Shown: positions 19,487 through 28,454 of the stretch, piece by piece
Position numbering within the stretch: the stretch's first letter is position 1
Layout of the letters: every line of letters begins with the position of its first letter
Assembly: GCA_045660045.1 (NCBI GenBank)
Contig: JAZRDB010000007.1
Location: 5,180 to 69,179, forward strand
Origin: Alphaproteobacteria bacterium
Lineage (GTDB): Bacteria; Pseudomonadota; Alphaproteobacteria; CAAHEQ01; UBA3637
Direction: 5' to 3'
DNA length: 64,000 bases
Program-made: the position numbers and the translations under genes
The notes under the pieces: generated by a model
Told to the model about the DNA's origin: nothing
Seen by the model: only the letters and a program-made list of their open reading frames with translations
The model's database searches: none

Positions 19487-20332
19487 AATATTTTGAATTT
19501 TTATTTTACTTGGATCTTTGATCACATGTTGGGGGGTGCCATGATGACGGAACCATGTCATTTGGCGTTTGGCATATTGTCGCGTCGCGGTGATGGCCTT
19601 TTCTATCATTGTTTTTTCATCTATCTCATTGTTTAAAAAGGATTTTATTTCCGAAACCCCTATAGCTTTTAATACCCCACCGGTTGCTTTTAGCTTGTTT
19701 AACTTTTCAACTTCTTTGATGGCGCCCTCTTTCAGCATTTCCTCAAATCGTTTTGCACAATTTTCATAAACCCGTTCTCTTTCAGGCAGAACATGGATTA
19801 AACAAAAATCGGCATCCAGTGCTTTTATTTTTGGCTGATTATGAAAATATTTCAAAGACTTACCCGTTGCCAATTGAACTTCCAGTGCGCGCCTGATACG
19901 TTGCGAATCTTGAAAAGGATAGTCCTTCATCATTTTTCTGACATCTTCTAATGGCATCTCTCGAACTTTTTGTCGAATCTCGTCGGGAATCTGAGGAATA
20001 TCATTAACCCCGTTAATAAGTGCATCCAAATACATGCCTGTTCCGCCAACAATGATTGGATTTTCCACATGAGCTAGTGTCTTTTTTACATCAGACAACC
20101 ATTCTATCATTGAATAATTTGTCCATGCGTCCACAAAACCGAATAAGTGGTGAGGGATGTCTTTTTGTTCTTCCAGACTGGGACGCGCCGATAAAATCCT
20201 TAAATCCTTATAAACTTGGATGGCATCCCCATTCACAATAGAACCGCCTATATGTTCCGCCAACTGTATAGCAAGTGCAGATTTACCACTTGCTGTTGGA
20301 CCGCCTATAACAAAAATCCGTTGTTTTTTCAT
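19478..20332 (-). CDS. miaA: tRNA dimethylallyltransferase
   Basis: Start probably ATG 20332 (MKKQRIFVIGGPTASGKSALA, P-loop). The track ORF extends to 20371. Confidence 0.9.
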   Translation of the reverse strand: MKKQRIFVIGGPTASGKSALAIQLAEHIGGSIVNGDAIQVYKDLRILSARPSLEEQKDIPHHLFGFVDAWTNYSMIEWLSDVKKTLAHVENPIIVGGTGMYLDALINGVNDIPQIPDEIRQKVREMPLEDVRKMMKDYPFQDSQRIRRALEVQLATGKSLKYFHNQPKIKALDADFCLIHVLPERERVYENCAKRFEEMLKEGAIKEVEKLNKLKATGGVLKAIGVSEIKSFLNNEIDEKTMIEKAITATRQYAKRQMTWFRHHGTPQHVIKDPSKIKIQNITK

Positions 20333-20424
20333 ATGGATATTATACTGAAATTTCCTTTTAAAATCTATCATTTTTCTTGTTTTTTATAAAAAAAAGATAT
20401 ACTATCTAATAAGAGGTGTTTTAC

Positions 20425-20883
20425 ATGAGATATGTATTTTTAACTTTGCTATTCCTAACCGCATGTCAGTTTCATCCACTATATAAAGATCAAACTTACA
20501 AGTCCGTTTGTATTCAATCTATCCCGGAAGCATCTGGTTATTTGTTATATCAAGCCCTTACAAAACGTTTTGCTGAAAAGGAAAATTGCACTTATCGTTT
20601 AAAAGTGTCTGCGCCGGAGTTTACAGTATCGGACCAAAGTATTTCCAACAAAGACTTTATTACCATGCAACGCGTTCGTGCAAATACATCATTTAAATTG
20701 TTAAATAAAGACAATCAACAAATTTTAGCTAATTCCGTGACGGCAGAAGGGTCGTCTGCGGTTGTTGACAATCCTTATTCAACCGTTGTTTCTATTGAAA
20801 AAACTCAAAAAGATTTAATCCCTATTTTGGCAGAACAAATTTCATTGCATGTCGGTGCTTATTTAGACAGGAATCAACCGTGA
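20425..20883 (+). CDS. lptE: LPS-assembly lipoprotein LptE-like
   Basis: Start refined to ATG 20425 (AAGAGG SD). The lipobox is LFLTAC followed by QFHPLY. The position directly upstream of holA matches the conserved lptE-holA pairing. Confidence 0.6.
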   Translation: MRYVFLTLLFLTACQFHPLYKDQTYKSVCIQSIPEASGYLLYQALTKRFAEKENCTYRLKVSAPEFTVSDQSISNKDFITMQRVRANTSFKLLNKDNQQILANSVTAEGSSAVVDNPYSTVVSIEKTQKDLIPILAEQISLHVGAYLDRNQP

Positions 20884-21905
20884 AAGCCAAATCTTTTCAA
20901 ATTAAAGCTTTAACTTCTCAATTAAAACATGGTTTTGACGCTATTATACTTTACGGAACGGACGATGGCGAAATCGATTTTGCATTAACTCAATTAAAGC
21001 AAGAACTTGGGCTTGATAACAAAGGGGCTAATGTTTCTACCTTAACAAAAGAAGCACTTAAAAAAACACCGCTTTTGGCAACAGATGAAGCCAACACAGC
21101 CTCTTTAATTGCCGAACGCCGCTTTTTATTTGTGCCAGAAGATGCCTCTTTTTCCGCCCCCGCATTGGTTCATTTTTTGGAAAATAAACAAACAGACGCC
21201 TTGCTTATTATTCAAGCGGGAAACCTGACAAAATCAAATGCTTTACGCATTGAAGCGGAAAAAAATCCGCGTGTTTTGGCTGTTGCTTGTTACCAACCAA
21301 CACTTCAGGATATTCAACGCAATATTTCAGCATTTTTGCTGAATCATCATAAAAAAATCAAGCCTTCTGTATTAAATGAACTTTGCCAAAAAATTCCTTT
21401 TAATCAACAAATTATCGAAAAGGAATTAGATAAATTACTTCTTTATTTGGGGGATGATCAAGAGGTAACATCTGCCGCCATTCAAGAATGTTTAACAGAT
21501 GGTGCTCAGGCCTCTCTTGAACGTTTGTGTATAGACTTGGCCGACGGTAAAGCGGATGATGTTCAACATGCTATTTCTCTCTTTTTAGCTTCCGGAGAAC
21601 CGGAAACAACTCTTTTGCGAGCAGTTCGAGATTACTTTGAATTACTTTTTGTAATCATTTCAGATACTTCCGAAACAGTAAGTGCGATTGTTAAACAACA
21701 TTTGAAACCGGCACAATTTCGGCTTGAAGATCCGTTGATTCGACAGGCTTCTCGTTGGCAAAAAAGAGATATTTTATTCGTTTTAGAAAAACTTTCTCAA
21801 CTGGAACAACGTACTCGTACTACTGGACTGCCAACAGAAACGGTTGTAGGTCAGGCTTTTTTAAGTTTAGCTCGGTTTGCCCAAAAATTAGTTGGACTGC
21901 GTTAA
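20880..21905 (+). CDS. holA: DNA polymerase III subunit delta
   Basis: 341 aa. The GTG start overlaps the lptE stop. The N-terminal segment ...FDAIILYGTDDGEI, the length and the synteny fit HolA. Confidence 0.6.
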   Translation: MKAKSFQIKALTSQLKHGFDAIILYGTDDGEIDFALTQLKQELGLDNKGANVSTLTKEALKKTPLLATDEANTASLIAERRFLFVPEDASFSAPALVHFLENKQTDALLIIQAGNLTKSNALRIEAEKNPRVLAVACYQPTLQDIQRNISAFLLNHHKKIKPSVLNELCQKIPFNQQIIEKELDKLLLYLGDDQEVTSAAIQECLTDGAQASLERLCIDLADGKADDVQHAISLFLASGEPETTLLRAVRDYFELLFVIISDTSETVSAIVKQHLKPAQFRLEDPLIRQASRWQKRDILFVLEKLSQLEQRTRTTGLPTETVVGQAFLSLARFAQKLVGLR

Positions 21906-22763
21906 TTTTTGCAAAATTGCATCTAATTTTCCAAGACTATCATAGTGGATAGTCATACTGCCTTTGCGACCGTTCCATTTAATAGATACTTGAGCGCCCA
22001 ACATTTTAGACAAATCGTTTTCCAGCGCCAAAACATCCGTGTCTTTTGTTGATTTTATTGGATTTTCTTTGACTTTTGGTTCAGCAACAAGCTTTTCTGT
22101 TTCACGAACGCTCAGGCCTTTTTTCACAATTTCCTTGGCTAATTTTTCAGGATTTTTAGCCGTTAATAAACTGCGCGCATGACCAACCGTCATTTGTTTT
22201 TCAATTAACAATTTTTTGACGCTTTCTGGCAACGATAAAAGGCGCATCATATTTGTTACATAACTACGACTTTTACCCACAACGCGAGATAATTCTTCCT
22301 GTGTGTATTTGAATTCATTCAAAAGACGCACATAGGCTTCTGCCTCTTCAATAGCGTTCAAATCTTCTCGTTGTAAGTTTTCAATTAAAGCAACTTCCAA
22401 GGCTGCTTTATCATCAAAATCTTTAACAATAACAGGCACTTGAGTTAAACCAGCCTTTTGTGAGGCACGGAAACGGCGTTCACCTGCAATAATTTCATAA
22501 CCACCTTTCTTTTTGGAATTTGGACGCACCAAAAGAGGTTGTAAAACGCCTTTTTCACGAATGGATTCCACTAAATCATTTAAAGCACTTTCATCAAAAA
22601 CACGGCGAGGTTGAAAGGGACTTGGTACTAATGCATCCAACATCACCATTACAATTTTATCCAACAAAACTGCTGGGGTTTCCTCTACGTTTGTATCCAA
22701 GGCGACAACATCGTCCCCCATTAAAGCGCTTAAACCTTTTCCTAAACCTAAATTTTTATCCAT
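21888..22763 (-). CDS. parB: Chromosome partitioning protein ParB
   Basis: Start refined to ATG 22763 (GGAG SD). Contains GLGKGLSALMG, IIAGERRFRA and an HTH region. The gene overlaps the parA stop. Confidence 0.95.
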   Translation of the reverse strand: MDKNLGLGKGLSALMGDDVVALDTNVEETPAVLLDKIVMVMLDALVPSPFQPRRVFDESALNDLVESIREKGVLQPLLVRPNSKKKGGYEIIAGERRFRASQKAGLTQVPVIVKDFDDKAALEVALIENLQREDLNAIEEAEAYVRLLNEFKYTQEELSRVVGKSRSYVTNMMRLLSLPESVKKLLIEKQMTVGHARSLLTAKNPEKLAKEIVKKGLSVRETEKLVAEPKVKENPIKSTKDTDVLALENDLSKMLGAQVSIKWNGRKGSMTIHYDSLGKLDAILQKLTQSN

Positions 22764-23538
22764 TTTTATTCTCCTTTTCACGATCTAATACTTCTTTTGC
22801 CAAAAGCACATACCTTTGTGCGCCAACACTTTTAAAATCATATAACATCACGGGCTTTCCATGGGAAGGCGCCTCTGGAATACGCACATTTCTTGGGACA
22901 ATTGTATCAAAAACAAGAGGACCAAAGTAAGAACGTACATCCTGCACCACCGACTTTGACAGGTTGGATCGCCCATCAAACATCGTTAAGCAAATCCCTT
23001 TTATTTTTAAATCTGGATTGAAATTTTTCTTAACCTTTTCAATGGTTTTTAATAAATCCGCCACACCTTCCAAAGCCAAATATTCGCATTGAATTGGAAT
23101 AATCACATCTGTTGCTGCCACCAAAGCGTTCATCGTCAACATCCCAACCGCCGGCGGACAATCCAAAAAGATATAATCAAAATCATCTAACTCAGATAAC
23201 GCTTTTTTCAAAAAGAATTGACACTCTTCAACGCCAGCTAATTCCAAATCAACACCCAATAATTCCTGACTTGCAGGCAATATATATAAATAAGGAATTC
23301 CTGTATCCAATAAACTTTCTTGAATTTTATGACGTCCCAATAATACACTATACGAGCTTTTACCTCCCATTTGACGCTTTAAGCCAAGGCTTGTTGTGGC
23401 ATTTCCTTGTGGATCTAAATCGATAATCAATATCTTTTTACGAAGGGCGGACAAAGCCGTTGCCAAATTCACAACAGTCGTTGTTTTACCCACACCGCCT
23501 TTTTGATTTGATACAGCAAAAATTGTTGGTTTAGACAT
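22756..23538 (-). CDS. parA: Chromosome partitioning ATPase ParA/Soj
   Basis: 260 aa with the deviant Walker A NQKGGVGKTTT. Confidence 0.95.
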   Translation of the reverse strand: MSKPTIFAVSNQKGGVGKTTTVVNLATALSALRKKILIIDLDPQGNATTSLGLKRQMGGKSSYSVLLGRHKIQESLLDTGIPYLYILPASQELLGVDLELAGVEECQFFLKKALSELDDFDYIFLDCPPAVGMLTMNALVAATDVIIPIQCEYLALEGVADLLKTIEKVKKNFNPDLKIKGICLTMFDGRSNLSKSVVQDVRSYFGPLVFDTIVPRNVRIPEAPSHGKPVMLYDFKSVGAQRYVLLAKEVLDREKENKNG

Positions 23539-24142
23539 GTTCTACCCCCTTAATTTTAAGAATACAACCTTCTGAATTGACAATATTTTTTATTTTTTCA
23601 ACTTCATATTTCCATTGTGTCTGATTTAATTCTTCGTCAACGGATTTTCCCTTTGGTAATAATAAAATTGTTTCACGTGAAACATTGTGTCGAACCAAAG
23701 TAAGAAGTTCGTCAAGAGGGGCAAAAGCACGAGCCGTAATAACATCCGGTGTCTGCTTCACATTTTCAACACGTTCACGTAAAACTGTAAAATTCAAGTG
23801 TAATGTTCGGGCACATTCTTGTAAAAACAAACTTTTCTTTAAGTCTGATTCTACTAATGTAATAGAAGTTAAGGGGCCTTGAAGTGTCTGATTTAAGATA
23901 GCTATAACAACGGCCGGCAAACCACCGCCACTCCCTACATCCATCAAACTATGTGCTTGATTTTCCAATAAAAAATAAAGTTGAGCCGAATCTAAAATAT
24001 GTCGATTCCAACTATCCTCAATTGTCTTTGAGGAAATTAAATTGACCGTCTTTTGCCACTTTAACAAAAGATCCCAGTATTGTTTTAACATGGGGATTGC
24101 CGGCTCAATTTTTTGTTCAAGTTCTTTTTTTGTTGTAATCAT
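23531..24142 (-). CDS. rsmG: 16S rRNA (guanine527-N7)-methyltransferase RsmG/GidB
   Basis: 203 aa containing WNRHILDSAQL and the SAM motif DVGSGGGLPAVV. One parS site lies within the gene and encodes NVSRET. Confidence 0.9.
   Translation of the reverse strand: MITTKKELEQKIEPAIPMLKQYWDLLLKWQKTVNLISSKTIEDSWNRHILDSAQLYFLLENQAHSLMDVGSGGGLPAVVIAILNQTLQGPLTSITLVESDLKKSLFLQECARTLHLNFTVLRERVENVKQTPDVITARAFAPLDELLTLVRHNVSRETILLLPKGKSVDEELNQTQWKYEVEKIKNIVNSEGCILKIKGVEHV
23669..23684. other. parS: parS centromere-like site (perfect consensus TGTTTCACGTGAAACA), inside rsmG
   Basis: Exact 16-bp palindrome. It is flanked by the further inverted repeat CTTTGGT...ACCAAAG. Confidence 0.85.
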
Positions 24143-24221
24143 ATTATTCTTTTTTTTATATTTTTATCAGAATAATTGTCATTATATATAGAAAAAAATT
24201 AAATTCAAGAACTTTTTTATA

Positions 24222-24247
24222 AAAAATGTTTCACGTGAAACATTTTT
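24222..24247. other. parS: parS site in the dnaQ-rsmG intergenic region (26-bp perfect palindrome)
   Basis: AAAAATGTTTCACGTGAAACATTTTT, which contains the 16-bp parS consensus. Confidence 0.85.
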
Positions 24248-24267
24248 GCATATTTTTTATTACTTTT

Positions 24268-24969
24268 TTATGCTTTTTCATCCATTTGAGATGGATTTAT
24301 TCCCCACAAATTATTTTTTATTTTTTGAACAAATGCTGTATGGGCGGCTTCTTCTTCCGGTAATATTTCAAAGACTCTTGGCGCCAATGTTTCACGTGAA
24401 ACATTTTGGCTTACAGTTTTTTTCTCTTTTTTTTCAGATACTTGAGAAAATTTTAATTCTTTATCAAGTATCATAGCAAGATAAACATCCGCCAATAATT
24501 CACTATCTAATAAGGCTCCATGAACGGTTCGCCGTGAAGCATCAACACTAAACCTTTTACATAATTCATTTAAATTCACACGTGATCCGGGATATTTTTG
24601 ACGCGCCATCACTAACGTATCTAACACATGATCATAACTTAATAAAGGTCTATTTGCCTTTTTCAGTTCAAAATTTAAAAATTTCATATCAAAGGGCGCA
24701 TTATGAATCACAAGCGTGTCTTCACCAACAAACGCCAAAAAGTCATCTGCAATTTCGGCAAATTTGGGTTTGTCAGACAAAAATTCTTCCGTCAAACCAT
24801 GCACTGCTATAACTTCCTCGCTCATAGATCTCTCTGGATTCAGGTATTGATGATAGGTTTTCCCCGTTGGAATATGGTTTACCAACTCAACGCAACCAAT
24901 CTCAACGATCCGATCACCTGTATCGGGATCTAAGCCTGTTGTTTCGGTATCTAATACAATTTCTCTCAT
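24268..24969 (-). CDS. dnaQ: DNA polymerase III epsilon subunit (3'-5' exonuclease)
   Basis: REIVLDTETTGLDP (ExoI), plus the ExoII and ExoIII motifs (HGALLDSELLADVY). The start is either ATG 24969 or 25020. The C-terminal tail contains a parS site encoding NVSRET. Confidence 0.85.
   Translation of the reverse strand: MREIVLDTETTGLDPDTGDRIVEIGCVELVNHIPTGKTYHQYLNPERSMSEEVIAVHGLTEEFLSDKPKFAEIADDFLAFVGEDTLVIHNAPFDMKFLNFELKKANRPLLSYDHVLDTLVMARQKYPGSRVNLNELCKRFSVDASRRTVHGALLDSELLADVYLAMILDKELKFSQVSEKKEKKTVSQNVSRETLAPRVFEILPEEEAAHTAFVQKIKNNLWGINPSQMDEKA
24386..24405. other. parS: parS site inside the 3' part of dnaQ (20-bp perfect palindrome)
   Basis: AATGTTTCACGTGAAACATT. Confidence 0.85.
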
Positions 24970-25022
24970 ACATATAAGTATATCAGATTTTGCAAAATGA
25001 ATCAAGAATAAGTTTTGCATAA

Positions 25023-25031
25023 TGTGGATAA
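25023..25031. promoter_or_regulatory. Perfect DnaA box (TGTGGATAA = TTATCCACA)
   Basis: Exact 9-mer at the left edge of a 330-bp AT-rich non-coding gap. A one-mismatch box, TTATCCCCA, lies at 25213-25221. Confidence 0.5.
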
Positions 25032-25299
25032 CTGAACACTTTGTCCAAAGTTTTGCCGTCAGTCTAGAAAGTATACAAAACTATGCTTTGACAATGCAAT
25101 GGACAAAAAAAGTTAACCGATTCGTTTTTAAGGTCTATAAAAATGTGCTTCTGTTGAATTTGCAACGATTCGTCATTTTTTGCATTTTCGCGTCAAGAAA
25201 AATTTTAAAAATTTATCCCCATCATCCCCAAGATAACAACAACAATATTTATATATTAAATAATAGAAAGTTTTTATTAGGATAAGTTTTTTTAATAAT

Positions 25300-25333
25300 A
25301 AATCGGCCCTCCAGTATATACTGAAAAGCCGAT
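25300..25333 (-). terminator. Probable greA terminator
   Basis: AATCGGC...GCCGATT stem enclosing the palindrome CAGTATATACTG, directly downstream of the greA stop. A T/A-rich tract follows on the minus strand. Confidence 0.45.
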
Positions 25334-25350
25334 TCTTAATTACTAATATA

Positions 25351-25827
25351 TTAGATATAACGAACCGCTAAAACTTCGTAGGCTTTATCGCCCTTTGGTG
25401 TTTTAACTTCCACAATATCACCCAATTGTTTACCAATCAAAGCCTTTGCCAAAGGGGAAATAAAGGAGATTAATCCTTTTTCCAAATTAGCTTCATATTG
25501 GCCAACGATTTGATAGGTAGCTTTTGCTTCTGTATCACAATCAGAAACATCCACGGTTGCACCAAAAAGGATTTTGTCACCAGACAATTCTGTTGTATCA
25601 ACAACCTGAGCATGAGAAAGAGCGCCTTCTAAATCTTGAATACGTCCCTCAATAAAGCTTTGTTGTTCACGCGCTGAGTGATATTCAGCATTTTCGGATA
25701 AATCACCACGGCTGCGCGCTTCTTCAATAGCTGCAATAATATGAGGACGATCCTCATACTTTAATTTTTTTAATTCTTCTGTTAAAGTGGCAAAGCCAAC
25801 TTTTGTCATTGGAACTTTATCTTCCAT
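25351..25827 (-). CDS. greA: Transcription elongation factor GreA
   Basis: 158 aa containing [18 protein letters not shown]...[15 protein letters not shown]. Confidence 0.95.
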   Translation of the reverse strand: MEDKVPMTKVGFATLTEELKKLKYEDRPHIIAAIEEARSRGDLSENAEYHSAREQQSFIEGRIQDLEGALSHAQVVDTTELSGDKILFGATVDVSDCDTEAKATYQIVGQYEANLEKGLISFISPLAKALIGKQLGDIVEVKTPKGDKAYEVLAVRYI

Positions 25828-25849
25828 GTATAACTCCTTTCATTCAAAG

Positions 25850-25891
25850 AAAAAAAAGATACCGCGGTCAAAATCACCGCAGCTTTTTTTT
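25850..25891 (-). terminator. Intrinsic terminator/attenuator inside the greA 5' leader
   Basis: Minus strand reads A8-GCTGCGGT-GATTTTG-ACCGCGGTATC-T8. The U-run ends 23 nt upstream of the greA ATG and downstream of the predicted greA promoter. Confidence 0.55.
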
Positions 25892-25907
25892 ATCAAAGAA
25901 CAGGATA

Positions 25908-25936
25908 AGTATAATACATTTTTCTTTAAAAGTCAA
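25908..25936 (-). promoter_or_regulatory. sigma70-type promoter of greA
   Basis: Minus strand: TTGACT (25936-25931), 17-nt spacer, TATACT (25913-25908). Confidence 0.55.
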
Positions 25937-25966
25937 GCAATTTTTAAAAAGCAATAATTTAACAGT

Positions 25967-26010
25967 AATTACTTTGTGTATACATAACAAAAATAGTGTA
26001 ATTACTTTGT
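25967..26010 (+). repeat. Two further copies of AATTACTTTGT (25967-25977 and 26000-26010)
   Basis: Both are identical to the copies at 19396 and 19476 and share their orientation. They lie upstream of the greA promoter. The distal copy overlaps the xseA stop codon. Confidence 0.7.
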
Positions 26011-27267
26011 ATATATGTATGACAAGAGGTCTGGTTCATCTTGTTTAGAATAGTTTTCTTTCTTTTTGTTATTTTTCAATGGGATAGTGTCAATACTTCC
26101 ATCTGAAAAACGTACCTGTAATTTCGGTTGATTTTGGGCCTCAAGAGCACTTGTAATGACTTTTGATCCATTTGAAATGAGGGCAAAACCACGTTCCAAA
26201 ATTCCTTGATACGAAAAAGATTGTAGCAAGCGCGCCATAGATTTTGTTTTTTCTTGATATTGTTTCAGGTAAGATTTGATGGCAAGCGCCAATCTTTCAG
26301 TTTTATCATCAGTTTTTTGAATAAATCCTTGAATTATTTCATTTAAATTCGGAAAACGTCCTGTTAATGTTTGAATTTTAAGACGTGATTCAATGAGTGT
26401 TTGATTCAGGGCAGATTTTAAATTATTTTCTTTTGTATTCAATGTGTTATAAAGTTCAAGTCGAACAGGAACGGCTTTCTCTGCCGCACCTGTTGGGGTG
26501 GGCGCCCGCAAATCGGACACGAAATCGATTAGAGTTGTATCTGTTTCATGACCAACGGCAGAGATGACAGGAATCTGTGAATCATAAACAGCGCGCACAA
26601 CGCATTCTTCGTTGAATCCCCAAAGGTCCTCTAACGATCCCCCTCCCCGTGCCACAATCAAAACATCTGGCTTTGGAATTTTGCTATTTTCAGGCAGCGC
26701 ATTAAAGCCACGCACAGCGGCAGCCACTTGTGCGGCGCATTCTTCTCCCTGCACTGCTACAGGCCAAACAATAATATGACGCGGAAAGCGGTCAGTCACA
26801 CGGTGAATAATATCACGAATGACAGCACCAGTTGGGCTTGTTACCACACCTATTACCTCTGGTAAAAATGGAATTGGTTGTTTGTGAGAGGGGTCAAACA
26901 ATCCCTCTTTTTCCAATTTTTCTTTGCGTTCGTTTAAAAGTTTAAGTAAAGCTCCTACGCCAGCCGGTTCAGCTGCCTCTACAATCATTTGATAGTTGGA
27001 ACGCCCCGGATAAGTGGAAAGTTTCCCTGTGCAGATGATTTCAAGGCCTTCTTGAATATGTGCTGCACATTGACGGGAAGAACCTTTCCAACAAATAGCC
27101 GATAGCACCGAATCTTTGTCTTTTAATGAAAAATAAATATGGCCAGAAGTGGCACGTTTGACGTCTGATACTTCACCGCGTACTTTGATGTGGTTAAACA
27201 CTTGTTCCACACAGCTTTTTAAGGAAAGCGATAATTCAGTAACAGATAAAACGGGTTGTTCGGTCAT
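26002..27267 (-). CDS. xseA: Exodeoxyribonuclease VII large subunit
   Basis: 421 aa with an N-terminal OB fold ([18 protein letters not shown]) and [12 protein letters not shown]. Confidence 0.9.
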   Translation of the reverse strand: MTEQPVLSVTELSLSLKSCVEQVFNHIKVRGEVSDVKRATSGHIYFSLKDKDSVLSAICWKGSSRQCAAHIQEGLEIICTGKLSTYPGRSNYQMIVEAAEPAGVGALLKLLNERKEKLEKEGLFDPSHKQPIPFLPEVIGVVTSPTGAVIRDIIHRVTDRFPRHIIVWPVAVQGEECAAQVAAAVRGFNALPENSKIPKPDVLIVARGGGSLEDLWGFNEECVVRAVYDSQIPVISAVGHETDTTLIDFVSDLRAPTPTGAAEKAVPVRLELYNTLNTKENNLKSALNQTLIESRLKIQTLTGRFPNLNEIIQGFIQKTDDKTERLALAIKSYLKQYQEKTKSMARLLQSFSYQGILERGFALISNGSKVITSALEAQNQPKLQVRFSDGSIDTIPLKNNKKKENYSKQDEPDLLSYIYTK

Positions 27268-27725
27268 TTACGTTTTCCTTTAAAAAATTGTGTCATCAAG
27301 GCACCACATTCCAAATTAGCCCATTTTTCAATTTTTAACTTATGGTGAGTTTGGCTGTGAGAAAAGACTTTTGCCCCCTGCTCTATCGCTCCCGTTTTAG
27401 GATCAGAAGCGCCATAATAAAGTCCATCCAATCTTGCCCAAGCGATAGCTCCGGCGCACATGACACAGGGTTCTAATGTAATAAATATAGAATAGCCACT
27501 CAAGAACTTGTCATTTAACTTTTTTAATGATTTTTCAATTACTTGCATCTCGGCATGTTGAAGCGGATTTTTTTTCTTTTCCACTAAATTATGTGCTTTT
27601 GCGACAATTTCACCCGTTTGGGAATTAAAAACAACAGCGCCCACAGGTACCTCGTCCAACTCAAAGGCTTTATGGGCTTCAGTTAAAGCAGTTAAAATAA
27701 TCTTTTTTCTTTGCTTTTCTTCCAT
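27264..27725 (-). CDS. tadA: tRNA adenosine(34) deaminase
   Basis: 153 aa with the HAEM and PCVMCAGA zinc motifs. Confidence 0.9.
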   Translation of the reverse strand: MEEKQRKKIILTALTEAHKAFELDEVPVGAVVFNSQTGEIVAKAHNLVEKKKNPLQHAEMQVIEKSLKKLNDKFLSGYSIFITLEPCVMCAGAIAWARLDGLYYGASDPKTGAIEQGAKVFSHSQTHHKLKIEKWANLECGALMTQFFKGKRK

Positions 27726-27746
27726 AACTCGTATAGTATCATAAAT

Positions 27747-28454
27747 ATGACAGAAAAGAAAGAACGAATTGCAAAAAAAATGGCCGATGCAGGCCTGTGT
27801 TCCCGACGCGAAGCAGAAAGATGGATTGCGGCTGGGCGTGTTGTTGTTAATGGTAAAAAGTTGGAAACCCCAGCTTGTGTTGTGGGGGATGAGGATATTG
27901 TACTTGTTGACAATAAGTTATTAAAAACAAAAGAAAAAACGCGTGTTTGGATTTATCACAAGCCTGTTGGATTGGTGACAACTGCGCGAGATCCACAGGG
28001 GCGACCAACCGTGTTTGAAAAATTGCCAAAAACCTTACCTCGAGTAATTTCTGTTGGACGATTAGATTTGAATTCTGAAGGGCTTTTGTTGTTGACCAAC
28101 GACGGTGAATGGGCACGTAAGATGGAACTCCCCTCCTCGCATTTAGAAAGGACTTATCGCGTGAAAGTACATGGCAATTTAACGGGTGAAGTGCTGTCAC
28201 GGCTTGCCAAAGGCGTAAAAATTGATGGGATTCAATATGCCCCTGCCCGTGTTTTGGTTGAGAAAAAGCAAGGAACAAATACATGGATTCAAATGACTTT
28301 AACGGAAGGAAAAAATAGGGAAATCAGACGCTTGATGGCTTTTTTCGGACTTGAAGTAGCCAAGCTTATTCGTATTTCCTATGGCCCCTATGAAATGGGC
28401 GATTTAAAGGTGGGTGACGTGAAGGAGGTACCATGCGTATTATTTCAGGAATAG
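27747..28454 (+). CDS. RsuA/RluB-family rRNA pseudouridine synthase
   Basis: Start refined to ATG 27747. It has an S4 domain (RIAKKMADAGLCSRREAERWIAAGRV) and the catalytic GRLDLNSEGLLLLTNDG. Confidence 0.85.
   Translation: MTEKKERIAKKMADAGLCSRREAERWIAAGRVVVNGKKLETPACVVGDEDIVLVDNKLLKTKEKTRVWIYHKPVGLVTTARDPQGRPTVFEKLPKTLPRVISVGRLDLNSEGLLLLTNDGEWARKMELPSSHLERTYRVKVHGNLTGEVLSRLAKGVKIDGIQYAPARVLVEKKQGTNTWIQMTLTEGKNREIRRLMAFFGLEVAKLIRISYGPYEMGDLKVGDVKEVPCVLFQE

Noticed and set aside
24246-24476. 76-aa plus-strand ORF containing MFHVKHF.
   Set aside because: It is antisense to the dnaQ 3' end. The FHVKH peptide is simply the parS palindrome read in another frame.
25022-25285. 87-aa ORF filling the dnaQ-greA gap.
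   Set aside because: It has no SD, extreme AT-rich low-complexity content, and it begins on the DnaA box. The region is better explained as non-coding regulatory or origin-like DNA.
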